This document shows positions 7,782 to 18,484 of a DNA stretch of 63,414 nucleotides, in pieces. A model generated the notes under the pieces. The model was not told where the DNA came from, ran no database searches, and saw only the letters and a list, made by a program, of their open reading frames with translations. A program made the translations under genes and the position numbers. Numbering within the stretch: position 1 is the stretch's first letter; each line of letters starts with the position of its first letter. The DNA is taken from positions 1-63,414 of IMG/VR virus record IMGVR_UViG_3300045996_000494. The stretch is one strand, 5' to 3'. The DNA is from a virus. Taxonomy: Duplodnaviria > Caudoviricetes.

Positions 7782-10700
7782 TCAGTCTCCCTGCAGCGCC
7801 GCGCGCCGCTTCTCTTTGTCCGCACGGATAGCGTCGAGCGCCTTGGTGCCGATCTTCTGGCGGGTGCGCTTCACCTCGTCTGCCTGCTTGTTGTGGATCA
7901 CAATGCGTGCCCTAATTTTCAACAGCTCGCTCGATGACCCAGCTTCGAGGTACTGTCGCTGCAGTCGCTTACGCTCCTCTTCGAGCTTCTTGCCGATGGC
8001 GATATTCGCGCCTGTCTTTTCGCCCTCCTCAGCCATCCGAGCCGAGCGGGCACCGGCTGCCTGAATGAACGCCTCGGACGTTGTGATGTCCCGGTTTACC
8101 CTCTGGGTAACTGCCTTCGCCGTGTCAGCCACGAACTTCGCCGGCACAGCCTTGATGAAGGCTTTGCCCAGATCGCCGTCTGCCGCGTGCTGTCCGGCGT
8201 CGGCCCAGTCCAGCATGAGCGAGGCAGGGGCGCCACCAAGAAGGCGAAACATGTACGCCTCGGCGCCCTCACGGTCCCCAGACTTGGGCTCGCCGAACAG
8301 CCACATGTCGGACATCGACACGCGCGACGACAGGTCGGGGAACGGGATGAACTGCGCGATCCCGCGGGCGAGAATGCCCTTGTTGATCAGCTCCTCCGGG
8401 GTCTTGCCGACCGTCTCCGCGAACCACTTGCGCCACTTGCGCTCTTGATCATCCCAGCCATCGCTGAGCCCGAGCATGGATGCTATCACGAAGCCGGTCT
8501 TTAGCAGCTCCAGCCCAGGCAGCCCCATGGCGCCAGCCATCGCCATCTGCACGGTCAGTAGCGCGCCGATCTGCCCCCAGGCGATGCGCTTCTCATGCGG
8601 CGTGCCAAACCCCGCCTTGCGCACCATGTCGACTAGCAGCGCCGTGACGTTCTGTGCGAACTTCTTGAACTGCAGCGCGGGCGCTGCAAGCGGATGGCTG
8701 AAGAACCGCGGCTGGTTGAACGCAGCGTAGTTGAACTGCGAGCGGTCAATAATGTCCTTGGCATGCGCGATAGCTTGCTCCTCGGTCATCCCCGAGCTTC
8801 GGCCAAGGCGGTAGGCGGCCACGGCGCTGACAGAGCGGTTGATGTCCTCGACGGCGATCATCATCTGGCGCGCGATGCGCTCGGCCTTCGCAATGGCCAT
8901 GCGCGTCTTGCCGGCGCCGGCAGAGATCGATGCCGCCAGCTCAAAGCCAGCCTCCGAGCCCAGCTGCCCCGTCGCCTGCAACTCGTTGATCAATTCGGTC
9001 AGCGCCACCCCATCCGGCTCCGCCGCTACGCGCTTGCGGATCGAGCCGATCAGGTCCGACGTGTCGAGCCCGAACTTGTTGAAGTGGCGGATCGCCTCCC
9101 CAGTGTTCGCCAGCCCACCGCCCAGCACGGTGTGCGCGCCAACAGCGCGGTAAGCCCGGTTCACCGCCGCCATGCTCCGCAGCGCCCCGTAGTGGCCTGT
9201 GAGCACCGGCACTGTGAACATGTTCGGCTGCAAGCTATTGACCGCCAAGTACATCGGCGAAAACAGCTTATCCATGAATGACAGCGTCAGCGCGAGCCTC
9301 ACCCACGGATGCTGCTCACGTGGGTTGATCACGTTCCGGTCGATGCGCGCTACCAGTTCGTTGAGCACTTGGTTGCGCGCCTGCATGAACTTGCTCTCGG
9401 GCTGGTCAGCGATCAGCCGGCGCATATCCTCAAGCGCGTCCCGCACCGTCGGCATGTAGCGCAGCTTGCCGAGATAGTTCGATGCCGCCGTGGCGTACTG
9501 CACAGTGTTGCGCGCGATGTCCTGCGAAGCCCCAGCCACGTTGCGGCGTGGTAGCGACCGCTGCTGGATGCGGTTGCCCGCCATGAGCCGCACCGACGCT
9601 TCTTTGGCGGCGTTCTTCAGCACCTGCTTGAAGCCAGCGTCGATGTCCGTCCGCTTGTCGATCACCGAGATGATCGACGCGAGCTGCGTATTGGTGAGAT
9701 CGCCGCCCTGCTCTGCTTCCTGACGGTCGAGCGCCTTACTGTCGGTCCACTCGAACTCGCCGCGGTTCTCCTCGATCCACCGCGCCGCCTCGCGCCCCGT
9801 GTCGAACATCTGCAGCCCGCGGCGCTGCACGCGAGCGCGGTAAGCCACCTCGTGCTTCTGACCCTTGGCGTCCTCGGCCGACACGATGGTGCCGTCCGGC
9901 AGATAGCGGCGCTTACCCACTGAGGTAATCTTGGCGCCGGTGCTCTCGGCAAACGCCTTGTATTGCACGCGTGCCGCCGCGTCCTTCGGCGCCCGCCACT
10001 CGATGATGACGTTGCCATGCTTGTCAGTCTCTACGATCTGGCCGCCGTGAAGATCACCGAGCCTCGCCCGCGTCCGCACCACCTTCTTGCCGTGGCGCAT
10101 GAGCGGGACGTAGATGCCCTTGACTACCCGCAGCTCGCCGGAGTCACGCAGAGCGTTGAACAGCGTCGGGTTGTCGAGGATGCCGGCGTCGTCCTCAGTC
10201 AGCGTGCCGTTCAACGTGTTGTTGAAAAGCTGTGCGTAAGCCTGTGGAGAAATGTCGCCCGGCGCGAGCGAACGCAGGATGTTGCCGACCAGCGCCTTGG
10301 TCATCTCGTTCTGCATGTCGCGGTAGTAAGTGGCGCTGTCGAGGATGTATTTCTGCACGTCGGTGGGCAGCGCCGCGAACTGCTGCTCCAGCCGTGCTAG
10401 CTGCGCCTTGTTCTGGTAGTTGCGCGCCACGTCCTTGCCGAGATGCGAGTTGTCGGCGTTCGGCCCCAGGTTGACGTTCGCCATGGTGGCGTCGATCCAC
10501 ACGCCGGCGGCGCGGCCCATCACATCGCGGCCGTGCTGCTCGATCAGCTGCAGCCAGCCCTGCGCGATGGCCTCGCCATCCTTGCGCTTGTTGTCGACGT
10601 AAACCGCCTGCTTGCTCAGCGCCTCGTAGATGCGGTCGAGCGGGTTGCCTTCGCCGCGCGCGCCCTCGAACGCCGGCCGCATGGTCCGCACGATCTGGTC

Positions 10701-13700
10701 GACTGTACCGGCCCACAGCCCGGTCCGCCTCCACCACGACTCTGCAGCAGCCCCGAGATACCGACTCTCATTCTGCAGCGTTTGTACGGTCTCGCTGACC
10801 TCCATGGGGAATGCTGTAAGCGGGTTCATCCTCCCTTGCCGCTGCGTGGTCTCGTCTAGCGCCTGGGCGACTCGAACGATCTGCTCTAGTACGGTGCGCG
10901 GTGGCCCACCCTTCCCAAACAGCGCCTTCTTGATCCCGAGTATTAGCGCATCCCAAGCTGACATGCGCTGCGAAGCACGACTAAGCCGGTTACCGACTAG
11001 TATATCGGCAATCACGTCGAACTGAGTGCGTTCAAGTATCTCTACGAAAGCACGATTTGAAAATGCCTCCGAGATGAACTCGTGGGGATTGGTTAATCCA
11101 TAAGGGACTCGATACTTGGTTTCACCAGCCGCTCGCGCCTCTTCTGCAAGCTGTGCACGTACAGCGTTCATCAAGTGCCCAATAAAAGTCCGCGCATCCT
11201 CGTTAGTATCAATAGCTCGATGGTATGCAGCGTGCAGTCCTTCGTGAATGATTATCTCAGCATTCAAATGATCAATATCAACAAAAATTTCATCAGTCTG
11301 CGAGGTATAGAACGCTCGCACTTTGCTCGTGTCCCTACCTGAAAAAAAGTGCTCTTTGGCAGCGTCCTGAAACGAAACCGGATCAAGCACGTGCACCCGC
11401 ACATCGCCGGCCAGCTTGCGGATGCGGTTCGCCGCCTCCGTCATCATCAGCTTGTGGACGCCGGTCAAGTTGGCGTCCAGCATCAAGCCACGGATAGCGT
11501 CTTTCAGCGCGCCGGTCCGGTAGACAAGCCCTTCCGTGACTGGCGCCTCAGCCTCCACCGCTTCACGGGCGAGCGGCACGTCAAGCGGCGCATCCTCTCG
11601 CGCTTGAGCAACCAACTGCTCCCGCGCCTCCGCCGGCGTTGTAGCGGTTGCTGTACCGGCAGCGGCTTGGTTACCCCGCCGGGTAATGGCAGCGCGTTCC
11701 TGGGGCGTAAGGATCGTCCGCTTCTTGCGGGTCTCCACCACCGCCACACGCTTGGCGCCGCCGATGACCGCGCCCTCCATGGCAGCGGCGGCCTTCGCCG
11801 CCACCTCAGCCTTGCGAGCCACCTCTGCAGCATCCAACTCCGCCTGCCGCGCCGCGGCGCGCTTGGCGTCGATCTCGTCGACAACCTCTTCCTCGGGGGC
11901 GTTCTCCACGGCACCGGCGGTCGTCGTGCCCCGCGGCGCGGGAGCCTCACCCTTCTCGTCCCTGAGCGCCACACCGCCCTCGGTGTGCGACTTGGTGAAC
12001 TCCTCGCCGCCACCCTGCCGCAGGCCGGTGTCTGTGACGACGAAATCCCGCACGCGGCTGACCGTGCCCTGGCCCTTCCCGATGGCGATGGCATCGCGGA
12101 TCAGCCGCAGCGCCGGGTCCGCATCGGTCTTGAGGTTGGCAAGCTTGATGTCGCCGACCTGAGCCAGCTCGACCAACTGCCTCGCGTAGGCCCTCAGCTG
12201 AGGCGTGGGAGCCTCTAGCGTAGGGGCGACAGGGAATTGAGCCTGCGCCGCACGAACGCGCTCTGCGAGCCCCGCTAGCTCTTCCTGGCGCTTCTGGCGG
12301 TCCAGGTCCTTGGCGCTGAGGATTTTCTCGGCGCCCGCCTCGATCTGTTCCTTCTTGCGCCGGCCCATGCGCGACGGCCCTTTGGCCTCGACTTTGAGAT
12401 TGCCGGCTGCGTCAATGACCAGCGCCTGCTCCTTCTTCGGAGCTTTCACATCTTCGAGCACGCGACGTGCAGGGCCGATCTCGATCCGCGACTGATCGCC
12501 GGGTGACGGCATGACCAGCTGGCCGATACCCCAGGGGTTACCGTCCTCGTCCACCAGTCCGAGCCTGCTGACGGAGCTGATAGTTCGCGGCTTCCCCTCG
12601 ACGACGTACTGAACCGGTCGACCGGCAGCGAGCGCGTCTTTCACCTCCTGTCGAACAGCATCGCCGGCGGCGGCCATGTCAAAGCCGGCGGCCGTCGAAT
12701 GAACTGCCTTGAGCATGTCGCCGGTAATGGTGCGCGTGCCTTCAGCTAGTGCAGGTGCTGCTGGCTCGACGAGCGGCGCCACTGGGGGTCCACCCACCGG
12801 AGCGGGCGGCGTGGCTTCCTCTGGTAGTGGTGGCTCGGCTGGCTGAACAGGAGGCGGTACGGCGGCAGCGGCAGGCTCTCCCGCCCCAATAGCCGCCGCC
12901 ATCTGTGGCGTAACCACAGGGACGCTAGGGACCGCAGGAACAGGAGGCGCAGGATCAAGAGGTTCAATATCGTCATCGGGGATGAACTCTTCAGTGCTTC
13001 CGCCAAGCTCGGGATCGTAAACGAGGGCTGCCGCTACATCCGGGGCCAGAACATCCGGTGCGACCGGGGCAGCCTTAGTAACCTGCTCCACCACACCCGC
13101 ATTGGCACCTCCTGCTTTCACCGTCTTGTCGAGCGCGTCCAGCTCCTGGCCGGGAGTCGTGCGCTTCTGGTCGAGCGTCACCTCCGGCCCGGCGTCCGGC
13201 GCCATGGCGCCGTTACCCGGCGGGGTAACCGGCGGCAGTGGCTCAGGACTGAGCGCCGCCGCGTTGTCCACGTCGATCTGGCGGTCCTCGACCACCGGCC
13301 GGCCGGGTGCGGCCTGCGCCGTGATAGCTCCCACGCCGCCGCCCAAGACACCGCCGACCAGCGCGCCGGACGCGGCGGCTTCCAGCGCCTTACGCCAGTC
13401 ATGGTCGCCAGCGCCGCCCTTGGCGTCGAACACCCCTTCCTGAGCCAGCAGCTCGCCAGAGGCGCCCTCGATGCCCTCCTGCGCTGCCTCACCCAGTGCG
13501 CCAAGCGCAGTGCCACGCAGCACCCCGCGGCCGGCCTGCCCCGCCGCCCGGTGCGCAACGAGACCCTCGACACCGTAGCGGGACGTGAGCGCCGTGATCG
13601 CCGCCATGATGAGCGGCTTGTAGCCGGCAGCTTCCTGAGTAAGCATGGACTTGGCGACGGCTTCGTCCATGCCCATGCCGCGAAGCCCGCGGTAGGTCTC

Positions 13701-14237
13701 GCTCTCCCGCTGCAGCTGCTCGTCCGGCGTCTTAGTCAGCTCGTCGCTGATCTGATTGAACACGTCGCCGCCGCTGAGCGCACCCGCCGCCGCGCCGCCC
13801 GCAGCCACGCCTGCTCCTGCCGACGAGGCGATGCGCGCCGCGAGCCCGCCGGGGATGATGCTGGCAAGTAGGCTCGGGACCGCCTGTGCTGCCCGCAGCC
13901 CGATGGCGTTGCTCGTTGAGACACCTGAGCCCCAGATGGTCTCCCCATCGCCGGGCAGCACAGTGGCGCGCATGGCGCGCTGCGCCGCCGGAGACATGCG
14001 CTCGGCCTGCCCTTCTGCGCCCTGCCGTGCCCACTCGCGGATGTCCGACAGCTCGTTGTCGGGTTCCGGCTTGATGGCGTACTCAGCCGCGCCAGCCAGC
14101 CCGCCAACCACACCATAGCCGCCTGCCGCGAGCGAGCGGACGTAATCGCTCAGTTCCACACCGCCGTCAGGTGACGTGCTGAACGGTGCTCCGGGTCCAG
14201 CTACAGGGGCTTCGTCAAGCCTGAGTGCGGAAGCCAT
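7782..14237 (-). CDS. Giant internal virion (ejection) protein with an embedded zincin-like metallopeptidase domain
   Basis: 2151 aa, Ala-rich and helical, last of three post-tail genes; IIIHEGLHAAYH...NPHEFISEAFSN. Confidence 0.8.
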   Translation of the reverse strand: MASALRLDEAPVAGPGAPFSTSPDGGVELSDYVRSLAAGGYGVVGGLAGAAEYAIKPEPDNELSDIREWARQGAEGQAERMSPAAQRAMRATVLPGDGETIWGSGVSTSNAIGLRAAQAVPSLLASIIPGGLAARIASSAGAGVAAGGAAAGALSGGDVFNQISDELTKTPDEQLQRESETYRGLRGMGMDEAVAKSMLTQEAAGYKPLIMAAITALTSRYGVEGLVAHRAAGQAGRGVLRGTALGALGEAAQEGIEGASGELLAQEGVFDAKGGAGDHDWRKALEAAASGALVGGVLGGGVGAITAQAAPGRPVVEDRQIDVDNAAALSPEPLPPVTPPGNGAMAPDAGPEVTLDQKRTTPGQELDALDKTVKAGGANAGVVEQVTKAAPVAPDVLAPDVAAALVYDPELGGSTEEFIPDDDIEPLDPAPPVPAVPSVPVVTPQMAAAIGAGEPAAAAVPPPVQPAEPPLPEEATPPAPVGGPPVAPLVEPAAPALAEGTRTITGDMLKAVHSTAAGFDMAAAGDAVRQEVKDALAAGRPVQYVVEGKPRTISSVSRLGLVDEDGNPWGIGQLVMPSPGDQSRIEIGPARRVLEDVKAPKKEQALVIDAAGNLKVEAKGPSRMGRRKKEQIEAGAEKILSAKDLDRQKRQEELAGLAERVRAAQAQFPVAPTLEAPTPQLRAYARQLVELAQVGDIKLANLKTDADPALRLIRDAIAIGKGQGTVSRVRDFVVTDTGLRQGGGEEFTKSHTEGGVALRDEKGEAPAPRGTTTAGAVENAPEEEVVDEIDAKRAAARQAELDAAEVARKAEVAAKAAAAMEGAVIGGAKRVAVVETRKKRTILTPQERAAITRRGNQAAAGTATATTPAEAREQLVAQAREDAPLDVPLAREAVEAEAPVTEGLVYRTGALKDAIRGLMLDANLTGVHKLMMTEAANRIRKLAGDVRVHVLDPVSFQDAAKEHFFSGRDTSKVRAFYTSQTDEIFVDIDHLNAEIIIHEGLHAAYHRAIDTNEDARTFIGHLMNAVRAQLAEEARAAGETKYRVPYGLTNPHEFISEAFSNRAFVEILERTQFDVIADILVGNRLSRASQRMSAWDALILGIKKALFGKGGPPRTVLEQIVRVAQALDETTQRQGRMNPLTAFPMEVSETVQTLQNESRYLGAAAESWWRRTGLWAGTVDQIVRTMRPAFEGARGEGNPLDRIYEALSKQAVYVDNKRKDGEAIAQGWLQLIEQHGRDVMGRAAGVWIDATMANVNLGPNADNSHLGKDVARNYQNKAQLARLEQQFAALPTDVQKYILDSATYYRDMQNEMTKALVGNILRSLAPGDISPQAYAQLFNNTLNGTLTEDDAGILDNPTLFNALRDSGELRVVKGIYVPLMRHGKKVVRTRARLGDLHGGQIVETDKHGNVIIEWRAPKDAAARVQYKAFAESTGAKITSVGKRRYLPDGTIVSAEDAKGQKHEVAYRARVQRRGLQMFDTGREAARWIEENRGEFEWTDSKALDRQEAEQGGDLTNTQLASIISVIDKRTDIDAGFKQVLKNAAKEASVRLMAGNRIQQRSLPRRNVAGASQDIARNTVQYATAASNYLGKLRYMPTVRDALEDMRRLIADQPESKFMQARNQVLNELVARIDRNVINPREQHPWVRLALTLSFMDKLFSPMYLAVNSLQPNMFTVPVLTGHYGALRSMAAVNRAYRAVGAHTVLGGGLANTGEAIRHFNKFGLDTSDLIGSIRKRVAAEPDGVALTELINELQATGQLGSEAGFELAASISAGAGKTRMAIAKAERIARQMMIAVEDINRSVSAVAAYRLGRSSGMTEEQAIAHAKDIIDRSQFNYAAFNQPRFFSHPLAAPALQFKKFAQNVTALLVDMVRKAGFGTPHEKRIAWGQIGALLTVQMAMAGAMGLPGLELLKTGFVIASMLGLSDGWDDQERKWRKWFAETVGKTPEELINKGILARGIAQFIPFPDLSSRVSMSDMWLFGEPKSGDREGAEAYMFRLLGGAPASLMLDWADAGQHAADGDLGKAFIKAVPAKFVADTAKAVTQRVNRDITTSEAFIQAAGARSARMAEEGEKTGANIAIGKKLEEERKRLQRQYLEAGSSSELLKIRARIVIHNKQADEVKRTRQKIGTKALDAIRADKEKRRAALQGD

Positions 14238-14240
14238 CGA

Positions 14241-16703
14241 TCACGGTGCTTCTGGTAGGAGACTGGGCGGCAGATTTAGAGCCCGGTTCCGGCGAGCGCC
14301 AGTCGGCGCGGTCGCGCCGGGAGTGGCCGGCTGCACACGATAGTTTGGACCCCAACGCTTCTGCCGCTCGCTCTCGGTGATGCGCTCCCGCATCTGCGCC
14401 AGCGCGATGAGGTTCTGGCGGCTGAGCAGCACCGGCGGCAGGTTGCCCACCTGCAGAGAGCCATCCGGTAGGACGCGCGGCTTCGAGTTACCCGACAGCG
14501 CCTCGCGCGTGATATTGATGGCGTCGTCGTTGGTAAGCCGGTTACCGGACGTAGCCCTGATCTCCGCGGCGATCTGCGAGGCCCACAGATGGTCGGTGGA
14601 CGTGCCTTCCTTCCACACCGTCGGCAGCTTGTCGCGGATTTCCTTGAAGTCTGTCTCGTCGACCTCTCGCTCTTTGGCGGGCATGCGCTGCAGAGCGGCC
14701 TGCGCCTGGACCGGTCCGACCTCGGTCTCGACGGCGCGCCGACGCACCTCCGCAGCAGTGCCCTCGCTTACCCCACGAGGTAGCGGCGTCGTGGTCTCCA
14801 CTGCCTCGATGCCTGCCTGCTCCGCAGTGTCCACCGCACCAAGGCGCCGGCTTTCGGCGGCTTCCTTCGCAGTCAGCTTGACGCCGGCACCGTCCTTCGT
14901 GGCTGTGCGCTTGTCGAGGATACGCTGGTCGATCTCCTGCTGGCGCTTACGGCGTGCGTCCTGGCTCTGGTCGAAGCGCTTGTTCCGCCCCTCTTCCTGA
15001 GCCTGCAGCTGCGCGAGCTTCTGCTCGTGCATAGTCATCACGCCCTCACGGGTCTTTTCCCACATCCCGTAGCGGGTGGCGAACTTGGCGATGTCGAGCG
15101 CTTCCTTCCGGTCGAGGTTCTCCGCGCCCTTCTTCATGCGCTCGTCGAACTTGAACTCGTCGAACGCCTGCTTGCGGTCGCGCTGCCACTCACGAACGGT
15201 GCGGTTCTGTTCCTCGGTCGGCATGTCGAGGAACTTCTTGCGGGACTCGTCGCTTGGGCGCGAAGCCATGAAGTCGCTGCGGTCGTCCTCGCTGAGCGTG
15301 GACTGGTACGCCTCCACGGACGAGCGCGCTTTCTCTGCCTTGCGCTCCGCAGCGGTCGGCTGCGAGGTGGCGAACTGCACCATGCTGCGCAGGTACTCGG
15401 TGCCGTTGACCATGCCGGTCGCCATCTGCACCATGTCGTCGATAGCCAGAGCGCCTTTCTCCGTCACGCGCCCCTGCGCGTCGTGCAGCTCGAACTTCAC
15501 GCCGTCGCCGCTCTTGCCCTTGATCTCCAACGTGTTGCCGTCAGGGACGAGCTGGTTGTAGCCCTTGGCGATAATCTCCGCGCGCTTTACGGGGTCATCG
15601 ACGGCGAGCGCCGCCGCGCCATACTGGGACGCTGCACGCTTCGCTGCACTGAGCATACTCCATGCCGCCCGGTCGGCCTTCTGCGGTTCGCCGCGGGCGG
15701 ACCAATACTGGTAGATGGCGTTGTAGCGCGCGACCTCCCGCAGTTCGGGAGGGAGCTGTCCCTTTGGGTCAATGGTCTGATCGACCATGGCGATCTCTTC
15801 GCGCCGCGGCGCGCCGGCATTGGTGGCGAGCGCCCTTACCCCGTCGGGGTTAATCCTGGCGGCTTCCGGCACGGCAGCATGGTGTGTCTCTGCGCCGAGC
15901 ATGCGCTGGCCGAACTTGAGCCCGCCGGCCACCGCGCGGCGCGCGCCCTCCACGTTCACTAGGTCGCGTGGGTCGTAACCATCATCCGGGTCCGTATTCT
16001 CGTAGGCCGCGGCCACCGCCGGGTTCGAGCCAGCGTGCTCGGTGTCGGCTAGGTCGGTCGGGATCACGCCGCCGCGCGCCGCATAGACCACCGGCACGGT
16101 CTCGTCGTCGAGACTGAGGGCGAAGCGGTCACCGGGACGGCGGAAGAAGCGCCGCGCGCCGCCGCGCGCCGTGGCGACAGGCGAGCCGTCATCCCATGCC
16201 GGGGGCTTACGTCCAAGCTTTGCCTGCGTGTCGGCGTCGTAGAAGTGCGTGGCGCCCTTGAGCGCGTTGCGCTTGGTTCGCAGCACCTCTTCCCAAGCCT
16301 GCCGCGCCGCCTCGACGCGGTCCTGCGGCTGATCTTGCCACGAGCCCCGGCTGACCGGCTCGAAAGCTCCTTCGTAGGCGACCACCTTCACCGGGTCGAC
16401 CTTGGCCGCCTCGGCGCGGTTGCGGATCACCTCAGCCACGTCATAAGGGTCGCCGCCCTCGGCCGCGATTACCTTCGGAATGTCGGCCGCAGTCAAGGAA
16501 ACGCCGCTCGTCCGACCAGTACTGGGGCGCGGTGAAGTACCCCGTGGGGTAGCTGTGGCCGCAGCCGTGTCGCCGGCGATGCGCGCGCCGCGCAGCCCCT
16601 CCGCTTCCTCGCGGTACAGCTCGTCCTTCCAGTCCGTCTTGAACGCCTTGTACGTATCGCGGAAATTGGACGCGAAGTCCTTCAGGTCTGCAGCGAAAGA
16701 CAT
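14241..16703 (-). CDS. Internal virion protein with an N-terminal SleB/Hydrolase_2-like cell-wall hydrolase domain
   Basis: IAAEG...VAEVIRNRA...GATHFY...PAW motifs; position among the ejection genes. Confidence 0.75.
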   Translation of the reverse strand: MSFAADLKDFASNFRDTYKAFKTDWKDELYREEAEGLRGARIAGDTAAATATPRGTSPRPSTGRTSGVSLTAADIPKVIAAEGGDPYDVAEVIRNRAEAAKVDPVKVVAYEGAFEPVSRGSWQDQPQDRVEAARQAWEEVLRTKRNALKGATHFYDADTQAKLGRKPPAWDDGSPVATARGGARRFFRRPGDRFALSLDDETVPVVYAARGGVIPTDLADTEHAGSNPAVAAAYENTDPDDGYDPRDLVNVEGARRAVAGGLKFGQRMLGAETHHAAVPEAARINPDGVRALATNAGAPRREEIAMVDQTIDPKGQLPPELREVARYNAIYQYWSARGEPQKADRAAWSMLSAAKRAASQYGAAALAVDDPVKRAEIIAKGYNQLVPDGNTLEIKGKSGDGVKFELHDAQGRVTEKGALAIDDMVQMATGMVNGTEYLRSMVQFATSQPTAAERKAEKARSSVEAYQSTLSEDDRSDFMASRPSDESRKKFLDMPTEEQNRTVREWQRDRKQAFDEFKFDERMKKGAENLDRKEALDIAKFATRYGMWEKTREGVMTMHEQKLAQLQAQEEGRNKRFDQSQDARRKRQQEIDQRILDKRTATKDGAGVKLTAKEAAESRRLGAVDTAEQAGIEAVETTTPLPRGVSEGTAAEVRRRAVETEVGPVQAQAALQRMPAKEREVDETDFKEIRDKLPTVWKEGTSTDHLWASQIAAEIRATSGNRLTNDDAINITREALSGNSKPRVLPDGSLQVGNLPPVLLSRQNLIALAQMRERITESERQKRWGPNYRVQPATPGATAPTGARRNRALNLPPSLLPEAP

Positions 16704-16707
16704 GCGT

Positions 16708-18033
16708 TCACCTCAGCGGTAGAGCTTGGCGATAGCGGTACGGGTCCAGATGGTCGTTGGCGAGCGGAGTATCCGGTTGCGGCCCGCCGCCAATAGGCAT
16801 CTCATACACGCCGCGCCGCAGTCCCTTGTCGAGCATCATCTTGCGGTGTTGGTCGGCCAAAGACATGTCAGGCGGAGCGCTCACGCCCATTGCTGCTTGC
16901 ACACCGGGATCGAGCGCGATGGCCTGCGTACGCCGCACCTCGGGCTTGGCTGGAGCTTCTGCGCGCTTCTTGCGGCTGCTCTCAATGGTGCGCTGGAAAA
17001 ACTCCTCGCCCTTCCACTTGACCACGTCCTCCGGCACGACGAACTCGCCGCCGTCGAGCTGAATGGCGCCGGTTGGTCCCTGCGCCGGGATGTCGTCGGT
17101 GATGCGATCACCGGAGGGTGACAGCTCCTCGTCGATCATGCCGCCTTCTGCGTAGCTCTTGCGGAACAGAGGGTTGATCAACCCCCCGAGAGCCGAGCTA
17201 GCCGGCGCTGTCGCCATCGACAAGCCGAGGCCGCCGATCAACCCCAGCGCCGAGCCCCAGCCGCTGCCCTGGCTGCGCTCCGCCTGATTGTACTTGTACT
17301 GGTCGAGAAGCTGGTTGTAGCCGGTTTTCATGGTGTCGGCCGCGGCACCGAGCCCACTCGTACCCAGCGCGCCCCACTGCTGCGGCGTGCCCATGCTGCT
17401 GGAGCCAGACGCTACGCCTGCCGTCTGTGTGCCGCCAGCCAGCGCGCCCTGTCCGCCAGCCAGCTGGTAGCCCTGCGCCGACATCCCCGGGTAGCCGCGG
17501 CCCACAGCGAGCGCCTCAGAGCGCAACGCTCGCGCCGTCGCTTCGGTCTGCTCGCGGGACATGTTGCCAGCGCCGGCACGCGCCGCCGCCTCGGAGATGC
17601 GCGTCCCGAGATCGAGCGCACCTGCACGCGTCTGCGACGGATCGATGCCGAAGCTCTCTAGGCGGTCCTGCGCCGCAGCGCGCGCCACCTTGTACTGGTT
17701 CGACACCTCGGCCATCGCCGCGCCCGAGCGCTGCTGGATGCGGGCCGGAGTGGCGTAGTCCTGTGCTTCCGCGACTAGCTGATCTTCGAGTGGCTGGAAG
17801 GTCTCCTTGTAGCGAGCGCGATCCTCCGCCGCCTGCTCATCGAGCACGTTCTGCCGAGCCAGCGCAGACTCGATAATCTTGTCGCTAGTCTCTTCGGTCT
17901 TGGCGTACTGCTGCCGCGCCCACGCCATCTGCTCCCGCTGCAGTTCGAGCGAGGAGTTAGCAGCCTGCGTTTGCGCCGCGATGATGCCGGAGTAATCCGG
18001 CGGGGGCGGTGCGTAGGATTTCTTGCTCGACAT
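16708..18033 (-). CDS. Internal virion/DNA pilot-like protein
   Basis: APPPPDY N-terminus, Gln/Ala/Gly-rich helices, GG..DDIPA..GEFVVP motif. Confidence 0.7.
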   Translation of the reverse strand: MSSKKSYAPPPPDYSGIIAAQTQAANSSLELQREQMAWARQQYAKTEETSDKIIESALARQNVLDEQAAEDRARYKETFQPLEDQLVAEAQDYATPARIQQRSGAAMAEVSNQYKVARAAAQDRLESFGIDPSQTRAGALDLGTRISEAAARAGAGNMSREQTEATARALRSEALAVGRGYPGMSAQGYQLAGGQGALAGGTQTAGVASGSSSMGTPQQWGALGTSGLGAAADTMKTGYNQLLDQYKYNQAERSQGSGWGSALGLIGGLGLSMATAPASSALGGLINPLFRKSYAEGGMIDEELSPSGDRITDDIPAQGPTGAIQLDGGEFVVPEDVVKWKGEEFFQRTIESSRKKRAEAPAKPEVRRTQAIALDPGVQAAMGVSAPPDMSLADQHRKMMLDKGLRRGVYEMPIGGGPQPDTPLANDHLDPYRYRQALPLR

Positions 18034-18034
18034 G

Positions 18035-18484
18035 CTAGTGCACCTTGTGGGCGGGCGAGACCCCTAAGAACCGGCAGTCGTCACGATACAGCGAGACGAT
18101 CACCATGTCATCATCGGGGTAGACGCCCTCAATTCCAGCCTCAGCTTTGAACCCAGCTTTGACGGCAAACTGAAAAGTCTCCGCATCGGTTCGCCGAATG
18201 TCACCGAAAATCTTCTTAACCCCAAGCTGGTTGAAGGGGTAGTCGAACACGATGAACAGCAGCCCGCGGCTGATCCATCGGCGGTCCCACGACGTGATGT
18301 GTATCTTGATGCTGCCGCCCGGCCCTGTGTAGTCGCTGAATATCACTCGGCCGAGCAGCTTACCCCGCGAGGTAACTCTGGCGATGCAGTGGTCAACGAG
18401 CGGGTTGAACCGGTACACGTCGTTTGGATGCGGCTTTGTTGCGTCCTGCAGATCGTTGAGCCGGACGCCTTTTATCAGAGCCAC
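18035..18484 (-). CDS. GNAT-like acetyltransferase of podovirus morphogenesis modules (start uncertain)
   Basis: FDYPFNQLGVKKI...KAGFKAE...DDMVIVSLYRDDCRFL; directly before the ejection genes. Confidence 0.7.
   Translation of the reverse strand: MALIKGVRLNDLQDATKPHPNDVYRFNPLVDHCIARVTSRGKLLGRVIFSDYTGPGGSIKIHITSWDRRWISRGLLFIVFDYPFNQLGVKKIFGDIRRTDAETFQFAVKAGFKAEAGIEGVYPDDDMVIVSLYRDDCRFLGVSPAHKVH

Noticed and set aside
7782-14237. Virion RNA polymerase, as in N4 or crAss-like phages
   Set aside because: I saw no DxDGD or T7-type polymerase motifs in the translation
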